From positions 12,364 to 76,363 of the forward strand of contig CAYWXR010000013.1 of NCBI GenBank assembly GCA_964462545.1: 64,000 nt of DNA, given 5' to 3'. The notes below the pieces were generated by a model. That model was given only the letters and a program-made list of their open reading frames with translations. It was not told the DNA's origin and searched no databases. The DNA is from an uncultured Thermomicrobiales bacterium (lineage in GTDB: Bacteria; Chloroflexota; Chloroflexia; Thermomicrobiales; CFX8). Each line of letters opens with the position of its first letter. Position 1 is the stretch's first letter. Made by a program: the position numbers and the translations under genes. Positions 49,454-58,370 of this stretch are shown one piece after another.

Positions 49454-50412
49454 GCGGACGCACACGAAGCGGCAAGGCAGAACAGATCGTCGTTGCAGAT
49501 GGCGATGTGCAGATTTCGATCCAGAAAGACGCCCGTAGCGATCTCTACAGCACCTTCCGGGTGGGCGGTCCTGCCGACTACCTGACACGGGTGTCCTCAC
49601 TCGAACAAATACGGCTGGCGCTCAGATGGGCGCAGGAGCAGGGCCTCCCGGTAACCATCTTCGGCGGTGGTTCAAACATGCTGGTAGCGGACCAGGGTAT
49701 CCGTGGCCTGGTAATGGTCGTGCGGATGACCGGAAAGGACGCCGGGGAGCACCTCGAAGTCGTCGAGGAAGAGGGCGGCGTACTGGTGACGGTGCCGGCG
49801 GCGGCACCACTCAACTGGTTTGCCCGTACCGCTGCCGAGCGCGGTTGGGCCGGAATGACCTGGGCAGTCGGGCTTCCGGGTAATATCGGTGGTGCTGTCG
49901 TGAACAATGCCGGCGCGCACGGTACGGAAACCAAGGACCACCTGGTGAGCCTGCGGATCGTGGACGCTAACGGAGAGGTCCGCGAGGAAACCTGCGAATG
50001 GCTCAGTCCGGAATATCGACGTACGCGCCTCAAAGCAGCCGGAAATCCCCGCGACATGGTGGTGCTGGACGCAACATTCAGGTTTTCGCCTGGCGATGCC
50101 GAGGAACTCAAGGCGCAGGCCGATCATCATGCCGAGTACCGTCACGCGACCCAGCCAACCGGCGCCTGCGCCGGTTCGATCTTCAAGAACCCTGAAGGAA
50201 CCTATTCCGGTCTGGTTATTGAGCAGACCGGACTGAAAGGCACCCGCGTGGGCGGGGCCGTGGTTTCTGAAAAACACGCAAACTTCATTGTGAACGACCA
50301 GAAGGCGACCGCAGCAGATATTGTGGCGCTGGTCGCGGCTGTCCAGAAGGCCGTTCGGGAGCGAACCGGCATCGAACTGCATCCCGAAATCGAACGGATT
50401 GGTGAGTGGTAA
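49450..50412 (+). CDS. murB: UDP-N-acetylenolpyruvoylglucosamine reductase
   Basis: 320 aa. FRVGGPADY, FGGGSNMLV, GSIFKNP motifs. Confidence 0.92.
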   Translation: MSGRTRSGKAEQIVVADGDVQISIQKDARSDLYSTFRVGGPADYLTRVSSLEQIRLALRWAQEQGLPVTIFGGGSNMLVADQGIRGLVMVVRMTGKDAGEHLEVVEEEGGVLVTVPAAAPLNWFARTAAERGWAGMTWAVGLPGNIGGAVVNNAGAHGTETKDHLVSLRIVDANGEVREETCEWLSPEYRRTRLKAAGNPRDMVVLDATFRFSPGDAEELKAQADHHAEYRHATQPTGACAGSIFKNPEGTYSGLVIEQTGLKGTRVGGAVVSEKHANFIVNDQKATAADIVALVAAVQKAVRERTGIELHPEIERIGEW

Positions 50413-51549
50413 ATGGCATCGCGAAACGGACGGTACCGGGTCGGCGTCGTCTTTGGGGGCCGGTCTGCCGAGCATGACGTTTCGCTGCGCTCGGCCCTGA
50501 CCATTATGGAGGCGCTGCAATCTGCCGGGCATGAAGTTGTCCCGATCGGTATCACGCGTCAGGGTATCTGGCTGACGGACGGTGATCCGATGCAGCAGTT
50601 GCAGGCTTCATCGCCGCTGTTTGCATTGGGAGATGGCTCGCAACCTGCTGGCCGGGGTGCGGTGATTGACGAGGTCGAAAAACTCTCGATCGAGGCCCGC
50701 AGCGATGACCGGCACGGTGTCGTTCCGGCCGGGGCGTGGGCAGGCGATCTTGATGTCATTTTCCCGGTGCTCCATGGTCCGATGGGTGAGGATGGCACCG
50801 TTCAGGGCTTGTTCGAACTGGCCGGGTTGCCCTATGTCGGTGCGGGTGTTGCTGCATCGGCGCTCTCGATGGATAAGGCCCTCGCAAAACAGATTCTGGC
50901 CCGGGCGGATATTCCCCAGGTTCCGTGGCTGACGGTGCTGCGCAAGGAGTGGCGTCTCATGCCGGAACGCGTTGCTGCGGATGTTGAGCGCGAACTTGGC
51001 TATCCGTGCTTCGTCAAGCCTGCCAATCTCGGTTCCAGTGTCGGCGTTTCGAAGGCGCATGATGCCGGCGAACTGCCAGAGGCGATGGATGAGGCCGCCC
51101 GGCATGATCGCAAGATCATCGTCGAGCAGGAGGCGCGTGCCCGCGAACTCGAAGTGTCGGTTCTGGGCAATGACGAACCGATTGCCTCGGTGGTTGGCGA
51201 GATTGTCGCCGGTCACGAGTTCTACGACTACGAGGCCAAGTATGTCGATGACACGTCCGAGATCATCATTCCGGCCGACATCCCCGAGGCGATTGCCGAA
51301 GAAGTACGCCAGCAGGCGGTGCGAGCGTTCCGGGCACTGGATTGCGCGGGAATGGCACGGGTGGATTTCTTCTACCGGGAGTCGACCGGAGAGGTGTTCC
51401 TGAACGAGGTGAATACCATTCCGGGGTTCACGGCGATCAGCATGTATCCCATGCTCTGGGAAGCAACCGGACTACCCTTGCCGGAGTTGGTGACCCGTCT
51501 CGTGGAACTCGCAATCGAGCGCTTTGATGACCTCCACGACGCAGACTAG
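50413..51549 (+). CDS. ddl: D-alanine--D-alanine ligase
   Basis: 378 aa. FGGRSAEHDVSL, HGPMGEDGTVQG, ATP-grasp core, NEVNTIPGFT. Confidence 0.93.
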   Translation: MASRNGRYRVGVVFGGRSAEHDVSLRSALTIMEALQSAGHEVVPIGITRQGIWLTDGDPMQQLQASSPLFALGDGSQPAGRGAVIDEVEKLSIEARSDDRHGVVPAGAWAGDLDVIFPVLHGPMGEDGTVQGLFELAGLPYVGAGVAASALSMDKALAKQILARADIPQVPWLTVLRKEWRLMPERVAADVERELGYPCFVKPANLGSSVGVSKAHDAGELPEAMDEAARHDRKIIVEQEARARELEVSVLGNDEPIASVVGEIVAGHEFYDYEAKYVDDTSEIIIPADIPEAIAEEVRQQAVRAFRALDCAGMARVDFFYRESTGEVFLNEVNTIPGFTAISMYPMLWEATGLPLPELVTRLVELAIERFDDLHDAD

Positions 51550-52270
51550 TCCGGCCTATCGTGCACCTTCGAGTTCCGGCGGACTGCGCGGCTGGTCTGG
51601 CCGGGCATCTCGTAGCGGGCGGTTACCCGCCTTTCTGCTGGCGATGGCTGCCGGTATCCTCCTCTATGGTTTCCTGGTTTCCGGTGACTACGATGTAAAC
51701 GACGTCTCGGTGCGCGGCGTGCAGCACGGGGACGCGATCGAGATCGCCCGCACTGCGGGCGCGATCGGAGAATCGGTGTTCGGCGTCGAACCGGACCGGA
51801 TTGCGTCGAGCGTTGCGGCATTGCCTTACGTGCAGCAGGCGGAAGTCCGGGTGGTTTTGCCCTCGAGAGTGGAAATCCGGATTATCGAGCGTGTCCCGGT
51901 GCTGGTGTGGTCCAACGGCAATGAACAGGTGCTGGTGGATGCCAATGGCATGGTGATGAAGACCGGCACGTTGGACGGACTGCCGAGAGTTGAAAGCACC
52001 TCGCTCAACCTGCAACCGGGGAGCATCGTCGATCCTGAACTGGTGGCGGCGGCCGCGGCGCTGGAGGAAACACTCGGGGCGGAAGTTGACCTGATTACCT
52101 GGAACCAGCAGACCGGATTCACCGTTCAGTTGCGCAATGACCGGCTGGTCATGTTTGGCAGCCCCGAGCGCTTCCCCCGGAAGCTGGTGATCTACCAGGA
52201 GATGCGTACTGCTCCATTGTCGTGGAGGGTACTGGATCTCAGAGAACCCGATCGTCCATACTTCGAGTAG
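51524..52270 (+). CDS. ftsQ: Cell division protein FtsQ/DivIB (POTRA domain)
   Basis: 248 aa. TM helix (AFLLAMAAGILLYGFLV), then a POTRA-like segment (VSVRGVQHGD...VRVVLPSRVEIRIIERVPVLVW). Overlaps the ddl 3' end; the exact start is uncertain. Confidence 0.8.
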   Translation: MMTSTTQTSPAYRAPSSSGGLRGWSGRASRSGRLPAFLLAMAAGILLYGFLVSGDYDVNDVSVRGVQHGDAIEIARTAGAIGESVFGVEPDRIASSVAALPYVQQAEVRVVLPSRVEIRIIERVPVLVWSNGNEQVLVDANGMVMKTGTLDGLPRVESTSLNLQPGSIVDPELVAAAAALEETLGAEVDLITWNQQTGFTVQLRNDRLVMFGSPERFPRKLVIYQEMRTAPLSWRVLDLREPDRPYFE

Positions 52271-52274
52271 GTAC

Positions 52275-52292
52275 ACAGTGTACGTACACTGT
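52275..52292. promoter_or_regulatory. Palindromic operator candidate, copy D (ACAGTGTACGTACACTGT)
   Basis: Perfect 18-bp palindrome, 5 nt after the ftsQ stop and 2 nt before a TATAGT hexamer (52295-52300). About 110 nt upstream of the ftsA GTG. Confidence 0.5.
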
Positions 52293-52405
52293 GGTATAGT
52301 ACGCGCATATTTCATCGTTCGGGCCGCCGGGCTCGAGGGACTGTGCTATACACGCGAACGCCCATCGCTCGACGGCGGGTACCGCGCTTTCCGGAGGACA
52401 CGATC

Positions 52406-53773
52406 GTGGCAGATCAGCTTATCGTCGGAATCGACATCGGCTCGACCAAGTTCAGTTCCGCCGTTGCGCTCTACAACCGGTCGGGCCGGATCACCTATCT
52501 GGGGCATGGCAGCTCACCATCCGGCGGGATGAAGGGCGGCCGCATTGCCGACCCTGAGGCCCTCGAACGCGCATTGCGACTGGCGCTCGACGAAATCCGG
52601 CATCTGGCCGGATCGACAATCCAGGATCTGGTGGTGAGCGTCGCCGGTGCGCAGATGGCACCAATTGAACGGCATGGCCAGGTTCGTCTGGATGCCGGGT
52701 ATCCAATCAATCATCGAGACGTTGAGAAGGCGATAGAGGCTGCGCACGACAAGGACCCGGAGGGATTGCGAACCATCCACCGGGTAGTGCAGGGCTTTTC
52801 GGTTCATGGGCAATCGACCCGGTCGCCAATTGGCCGGCATGCCAATGACCTCGATGTCTACGTCCGGGATTTCGCTGTGACGTCCGAACTGGTGGAGGGG
52901 GTCCGCCAGGCGGCAGCATCGCTGGGGATGCGGGTGCATGCGTTTGTTCCGGGCGGGGTTGCTGCGGGGGAAGCAGCCCTGACCCAGGAAGAGCGGGAAC
53001 AGGGCGTGGTTCTGATCGATATCGGGGGGGCAACAACCGACGTTGCTTCGTATATCGATGGTGATCTGCACGACGTTTCCGGGTTCCCGCTCGGTGGGCA
53101 CCATCTCACGCAGGATATTGCGGCGGTGCTCGAAATCTCGCTGGAAGCAGCCGAACGGCTCAAGCGCCGGGATGGTATTGCGACATCCAGCGAGTCCTCG
53201 CGTGTTCCGGTGGATTGGGGGCCACGGGGCATTGCGCGGATTCAGCGGCAGGCGCGTGATGGAACACTCTCTGCAGATGTTGTTCGCGCAATTGCCGGGG
53301 CGAGATTGGAACAGATCCTGCAACAGGCAAAGGAAATTGCCATGCGGACCGATGGACATAACGGTTCGCGGCATGGCAGTATTGTCATTACAGGTGGCTC
53401 TTCCAATCTGAAAGGCATCGAGGAAGCCGCCTCCGAGGTATTCGGGTTGCCGGCACGACGCGGAGAGATTCTTCCCAGCGCAGGATTCCCGCCAATTGCC
53501 GATCCCGCCTCGGCTACCTCAGTCGGGCTGGTGCGCTATTGCGCCAGCCGGGGGGCCTGGGCAGCCGATTCTTCGCAGGAAAGCGGCTGGCCCCCGGAAC
53601 CGGTTCGAGCCGGGAACGGCCACAGCGATGAACAATCACGTTGGAACGACACACCGCTCTACAGTGATGCGAGCAGAGAAACGCATCCTCGAAAGCCGTC
53701 AGGAGGACGTGATTGGGGTCAGTTCATGCGGAACTGGATGCGCGAGTTCATTCCGGCCCGCACCGATGCATAA
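52406..53773 (+). CDS. ftsA: Cell division protein FtsA
   Basis: Lies in ORF 52343-53773. GTG 52406 is 8 nt after GGAGG. IVGIDIGSTK and DIGGATTDVA actin-fold motifs. Extended C-terminus ends in an amphipathic WGQFMRNWMREFI segment, a likely membrane-targeting helix. Confidence 0.88.
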   Translation: MADQLIVGIDIGSTKFSSAVALYNRSGRITYLGHGSSPSGGMKGGRIADPEALERALRLALDEIRHLAGSTIQDLVVSVAGAQMAPIERHGQVRLDAGYPINHRDVEKAIEAAHDKDPEGLRTIHRVVQGFSVHGQSTRSPIGRHANDLDVYVRDFAVTSELVEGVRQAAASLGMRVHAFVPGGVAAGEAALTQEEREQGVVLIDIGGATTDVASYIDGDLHDVSGFPLGGHHLTQDIAAVLEISLEAAERLKRRDGIATSSESSRVPVDWGPRGIARIQRQARDGTLSADVVRAIAGARLEQILQQAKEIAMRTDGHNGSRHGSIVITGGSSNLKGIEEAASEVFGLPARRGEILPSAGFPPIADPASATSVGLVRYCASRGAWAADSSQESGWPPEPVRAGNGHSDEQSRWNDTPLYSDASRETHPRKPSGGRDWGQFMRNWMREFIPARTDA

Positions 53774-53815
53774 GCAGACCGTCGGGGAAGTCCCGGGTCA
53801 GGGTAAGGAGTAGCA

Positions 53816-54922
53816 ATGTTCGAGCTACATGACGACGAATTTTCACCGAACTTCGCCCGGATCAAGGTCATCGGCGTCGGCGGCGGTGGTGGCAACGCTG
53901 TCAATCGCATGATCGAGGCCAACGTTGAAGGTGTTGAGTTCATTGTGGTCAATACCGATGGCCAGGCCCTGCTGAACTCGCAGGCGCCGGTATCGGTCAG
54001 GATCGGTGACAAACTCACCAAGGGTCTTGGCGCCGGAGGCCGGCCTGAAATCGGCGAACGTGCCGCTGAAGAGAGCCTCGATACACTCACCGAGGTAATT
54101 CGTGGCGCCGATATGGTCTTCATTACCGCCGGCATGGGCGGTGGCACCGGTAGCGGTGCTTCACCGATTGTCGCCAAGCTGGCTCGTGAGACCGGTGCGT
54201 TGACGGTAGGCGTCGTCACGCGGCCATTCGATTTTGAAGGTGCCCGGCGCCGGCGTGTTGCCGACGAATCGGTCGCTAACCTCAAGGAATATGTAGACGC
54301 GCTGATTTCAATTCCGAACCAGCGCCTCATCCACCTGGTTGACCCGAAGACCCCGTTCACCGAAGCATTCCGCATCGCGGATGATGTGCTCCGGCAGGGT
54401 ATTCAGGGTATTTCGGATCTCATTACCAAGCCTGGCATGATCAACCTCGACTTTGCTGATGTGAAGTCGATCATGCGTGATGCCGGCTCTGCCCTCATGG
54501 CCATTGGCCGTGGCTCCGGCGAGAACCGCACGGTGGATGCTGCACGCAATGCAATCGAGAGCCCGCTGCTCGAGATGAGCATCGAGGGCGCAACCGGTGT
54601 TCTCTACAACGTCACCGGTGGCACCGACCTCACGCTCGCCGAGATCAACGAGGCCGCCGAGGTCATCCGCAACGCTGCCGACGAAGATTCCGAAATCATC
54701 TTCGGCACCAGCATCGACGAATCGCTCGGCCGCGATGTCACGATTACCCTCGTGGCAACCGGCTTCCAGGGTGGCAAGTCTGTGCGCCAACGCAGTGGAG
54801 TTGACCGCCGGACCACCCGGCAGCAGGCTGAAACCGGCACAGGGTTGCCGGCCCGGACTCCGGTCTTGCCGGACGATGAATGGGCAGAACCTGCCATTCT
54901 CCGGTTCCTGCGGGATCGCTAG
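53816..54922 (+). CDS. ftsZ: Cell division protein FtsZ
   Basis: 368 aa. [13 protein letters not shown], tubulin signature [16 protein letters not shown]-terminal conserved peptide EPAILRFLR. Confidence 0.97.
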   Translation: MFELHDDEFSPNFARIKVIGVGGGGGNAVNRMIEANVEGVEFIVVNTDGQALLNSQAPVSVRIGDKLTKGLGAGGRPEIGERAAEESLDTLTEVIRGADMVFITAGMGGGTGSGASPIVAKLARETGALTVGVVTRPFDFEGARRRRVADESVANLKEYVDALISIPNQRLIHLVDPKTPFTEAFRIADDVLRQGIQGISDLITKPGMINLDFADVKSIMRDAGSALMAIGRGSGENRTVDAARNAIESPLLEMSIEGATGVLYNVTGGTDLTLAEINEAAEVIRNAADEDSEIIFGTSIDESLGRDVTITLVATGFQGGKSVRQRSGVDRRTTRQQAETGTGLPARTPVLPDDEWAEPAILRFLRDR

Positions 54923-54934
54923 CACGTTCATTCA

Positions 54935-54956
54935 GGGGCGCACTTCGGTGCGCCCC
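54935..54956 (+). terminator. Hairpin after ftsZ (terminator candidate, no T-tract)
   Basis: GGGGCGCAC / GTGCGCCCC, 9-bp stem with a TTCG loop, 13 nt after the ftsZ stop. Confidence 0.45.
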
Positions 54957-54986
54957 CTCACGTATCACCGTTAGACAGGGTAGCGG

Positions 54987-55454
54987 ATGCGATGTCCGTA
55001 TTGTGGGGGACGGGACACACGGGTCCTGGATTCCCGCGACATTCGTGATGGCGAGCAAATTCGCCGGCGCAGGGAGTGTGCGGAATGCTCCCGGCGTTTC
55101 ACCACCTATGAGACCACCGAACAACGCGAACTGTTCGTCGTCAAACGTGACGGCCGGCGGGAGCGTTTCGATCCGCGCAAACTCCGGAACAAACTCCATA
55201 TCGCGTTGACCAAGCGCCCGGTACCGGTTGAGGAGATCGACCGTATCGTCCGCGACATCGAAAATGCGATGCTCGACAGCGGGATGGACGAGGTGCCATC
55301 CACCTGGATCGGTGAACGAGTTCTGGACAAGTTGCGGGATGTTGACCCGGTTGCCTACATCCGGTTCGCCTCGGTCTACCGCGAGTTTCGTGACCTCGAC
55401 GACTGGCGGCGCGAGTTCGCCCTGCTCGACAGCAGCGACAAGAACGGCTCCTGA
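54987..55454 (+). CDS. nrdR: Transcriptional repressor NrdR
   Basis: 155 aa. MRCPYCGG ... ECAECSRRFTTYE zinc ribbon plus an ATP-cone. Confidence 0.95.
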   Translation: MRCPYCGGRDTRVLDSRDIRDGEQIRRRRECAECSRRFTTYETTEQRELFVVKRDGRRERFDPRKLRNKLHIALTKRPVPVEEIDRIVRDIENAMLDSGMDEVPSTWIGERVLDKLRDVDPVAYIRFASVYREFRDLDDWRREFALLDSSDKNGS

Positions 55455-55576
55455 ACCGGGTCTGGTGACCTGCCTGGTCCATGCCAACACCAGTTGATAC
55501 AGACTTTTCCCAGCCAGTCCGGGATGTTGTACTGTTCCCTGTATCAGGTGCAGCGCAACAGGGGATGGAGTGCAGC

Positions 55577-56644
55577 ATGCCCATGTTCACGATCCGGCGT
55601 CACGGTGGCGGGCCAATCGAGTGCATTCCACGTTCGTACCGGGTGGATGCCGAGATGTTCGGCTTCGACGCTGCCTCTCAGCACGGAATCTTCAGGCTTA
55701 CTGCTCCAAAGGGCTGGATCGTAACACCGGTTGGCGCGTTAACCTGGGAGGTGACCCCGGGTGTCGTTGATCCGGAGATGTCGTATGCGTTGCTGCTGAC
55801 CCGGGAGAACGGGGAACAACGGTCGCTCCCGGTCGGGATCACGCTTGATCTCCGGTCGACATTCGACCCGCTGATGCATACCTTCCCGGAGCCGAACCGC
55901 GCCTCGGTTCTAGGCGACATCTTGCCGTCGCCGGACATTTTCGAACGAACGTTTTCCAGATTACCATCGTGGTTACAAAGCGATCTCTTTACCGGGTTGT
56001 ATTCCGATATTGTCTTCCTGCGGAAAGATGGCCCCACCCGGGGCGGGTTGTGCAGCGGTATGGCTCGCTGGTCGATCGCCCGATCCCTCGGTGAAGAGCC
56101 GGATCCGCGTGATCGTGAGGATGCGCTCCGCCGGATTACCACCTACCACGGCCGGCAATTGAGCGACCTATCGTTCCTGATGGGGGCGCCCTCTTTCCTG
56201 CGTGGTTCGCCACGTGCCAGTTACCGGGCTCTCCGCCGGGACCTGCTGCACCATGGCAAGACAGACCGTGCGTTCGATGTTGCCGTTCCCAAACCCTGGC
56301 GGAAGGACTTGCTCAAGGCGATGGTGACCCAGGGGCATACCATCGTTCCCTACCGGATCGTCCAACCGTCCCCGGACCGTGCAACGGTTGAGGTCTACGA
56401 CCCGAATCGCCCGCCGGTGACGCTGGAGACTCCGGAGAAGGTGGAGTTTGACCTCAGGCGGGATCGATACTCCTACCGGCATCTGGTGTCGATGGAACAG
56501 AATGATGTCGGGTTGGTGGTTGCCCGGCAGCGTGGATATGCGCGTGCCGGTACGGCGTTCGCTGCCGGATTGGTGGCGATGGGAATGCGTCTCGCCGGAA
56601 TCCAGGCACGCCAACGCCCGGCAGGCGAACCTGCCGGGCGCTAA
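55577..56644 (+). CDS. Hypothetical protein (no family recognised)
   Basis: Lies in ORF 55481-56644. ATG 55577 is 6 nt after GGAG; ATG 55481, 55565 and 55583 are also possible. No TM helix or signal peptide seen. Contains GGLCSGMA and GHTIVPY segments. Confidence 0.5.
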   Translation: MPMFTIRRHGGGPIECIPRSYRVDAEMFGFDAASQHGIFRLTAPKGWIVTPVGALTWEVTPGVVDPEMSYALLLTRENGEQRSLPVGITLDLRSTFDPLMHTFPEPNRASVLGDILPSPDIFERTFSRLPSWLQSDLFTGLYSDIVFLRKDGPTRGGLCSGMARWSIARSLGEEPDPRDREDALRRITTYHGRQLSDLSFLMGAPSFLRGSPRASYRALRRDLLHHGKTDRAFDVAVPKPWRKDLLKAMVTQGHTIVPYRIVQPSPDRATVEVYDPNRPPVTLETPEKVEFDLRRDRYSYRHLVSMEQNDVGLVVARQRGYARAGTAFAAGLVAMGMRLAGIQARQRPAGEPAGR

Positions 56645-56662
56645 TCGGAGCGTCAGCGGTAA

Positions 56663-56989
56663 TTAGCTGGTGTGCGGTTCGATTGCCTGGAGAATGCGGG
56701 CCTTCGGCTGTGCTCCGACGATCTTCTGCACCGGCTGACCGGCCTTGTAGAGGATCATGGTCGGGATCGAGACAATACCCAGTTCGCGTGCGATATTCTG
56801 GTTCTCGTCAACATTGACCTTGGCAATCGTCAGTTTATCGCTCTGTTCCTGGGCGATTTCATCCAGGATCGGTCCGACTACGCGGCACGGGCCACACCAG
56901 GGCGCCCAGAAATCGACCAGCACCGGAGTGTCGGACTGGATGACGGCGCTCTCGAACGTGGCGTCAGTAACCTCAACAGGTTTGCTCAT
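56663..56989 (-). CDS. trxA: Thioredoxin
   Basis: 108 aa from ATG 56989 (MSKPVEVTDATFESAV). WCGPC active site. The longer ORF to 57205 is an unlikely N-terminal extension. Confidence 0.93.
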   Translation of the reverse strand: MSKPVEVTDATFESAVIQSDTPVLVDFWAPWCGPCRVVGPILDEIAQEQSDKLTIAKVNVDENQNIARELGIVSIPTMILYKAGQPVQKIVGAQPKARILQAIEPHTS

Positions 56990-57116
56990 GTTGGGGATGC
57001 CTCCTTCGGCGTTGAGTTTCGGTGGTGCTCTGTGCTCTACAGGGCTTCCAAAGATTGTAACGCAGCAACGCCGAAAGTATTCCTCTTCGGCGATTACTTG
57101 GGAGATGTTCCCGGAT

Positions 57117-58304
57117 ATGGGTCGGGTACAATTGTCTGTTGTGAAGAAGACGAGACCGTCGATCGGATTCGACGCCCTGTTCCTCGAACATCCAATGACC
57201 GGCATGGGTCAGTATGCCACCCGTTTATGGCAGGAACTACTGCGACGGGAGGATCTGGATGCCCGGCTACTTCGCCCTGCCGACGCACCGGAGGACGTTC
57301 TCCGCCTTGGGGCCGGACGGGATGTTGCGGCCGCATCGCCAGCGAACCGCCGCCTGCCCGGCAAAGTCCGCAAGGTGTGGTGGGAGCAGCAAGGGCTGGT
57401 TGCCGCTGCGCGACAGGCGAATGTCGACCTGGTCCATGTCCCGTACTTTGCTGCACCGCTTCGCAAGCCGGAACGCCTGGTGGTGACCATTCACGATGCT
57501 ATCCCACTTGCACTTCGTGAATATGCCGGCGGTCTGCCAAACCGATCCTATCTGCGGGTACTCGCCCGTGCAGCCCGAAGCGCCGACCTGATTCTGACCG
57601 ATTCACGCCACGCTGCCGGCGACATTTCGCGGTTGCTGGGCATCCCTTCAGAGAAGATTGTGCCGGTGTTGCTTGCTGCCGGCGAGGAGTTCACGCCGGC
57701 CGCGCCGGAAGATACTGATCGTATCGCCTCGATGCGCAGCCGGCTTGGCCTTGATCGACCGTTCATCCTGAATGTCGGCGGGTTCGACCGGCGCAAGAAC
57801 TTGCCTGCGCTGGTGGAAGGCTTTGCCGGAGCGGTAAACCGTCTGGATACCCGCTACGACCTGGTGATCGTTGGTTCGGCTCATAGCAGCAGTTCGCTCT
57901 TCACGGACGTCCGCCCGATCATCCGGCGTCACGGGTTGGAAGCGTTCGTCAAATTGCCGGGGTTTGTCAGCGAGCAGGACAAACTGGACCTGTATCGATC
58001 TGCGTCGGCATTCGTCTTTCCATCCGTCTACGAGGGGTTCGGGCTGAACCCTCTGGAAGCGATGGCCTGCGGCACTCCGACAATCTCGTCCAACCGTTCA
58101 AGCCTTCCGGAAGTTGTTGGAGATGGCGGCATCCTGATCGACCCGACACCAGACGCGATCGCCGGAGCATTGGTACAGGTGCTGAACGACTCCGCGCTCC
58201 AGGCAGACATGCGCCGTCGGGGATTGGCGCAGGCTGGGAGGTTCTCCTGGCGGCAGACTGCTGAACAGACGATCGACGCCTACCGGCGGGTGCTGGACTG
58301 GTAA
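57117..58304 (+). CDS. Glycosyltransferase family 4 (GT-B)
   Basis: Lies in ORF 56757-58304, whose first ~120 codons are antisense to trxA; a start at ATG 57105/57117 is more plausible. C-terminal PSVYEGFGLNPLEAMACGTP motif. Confidence 0.8.
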   Translation: MGRVQLSVVKKTRPSIGFDALFLEHPMTGMGQYATRLWQELLRREDLDARLLRPADAPEDVLRLGAGRDVAAASPANRRLPGKVRKVWWEQQGLVAAARQANVDLVHVPYFAAPLRKPERLVVTIHDAIPLALREYAGGLPNRSYLRVLARAARSADLILTDSRHAAGDISRLLGIPSEKIVPVLLAAGEEFTPAAPEDTDRIASMRSRLGLDRPFILNVGGFDRRKNLPALVEGFAGAVNRLDTRYDLVIVGSAHSSSSLFTDVRPIIRRHGLEAFVKLPGFVSEQDKLDLYRSASAFVFPSVYEGFGLNPLEAMACGTPTISSNRSSLPEVVGDGGILIDPTPDAIAGALVQVLNDSALQADMRRRGLAQAGRFSWRQTAEQTIDAYRRVLDW

Positions 58305-58370
58305 CCTGCCGGTGTTGAGGTGTGCAAGACCGAACGCCGATCACGTCTCCGAAGAAACAAGGGAGCCTGG

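Noticed and set aside
56757-57116. N-terminal ~120 codons of the 515-aa track ORF for the first glycosyltransferase. The parallel ORF 56672-57520 is included here.
   Set aside because: This stretch is antisense to the trxA coding sequence and is hydrophobic and low-complexity. The GT4 homology begins only after ATG 57105/57117.
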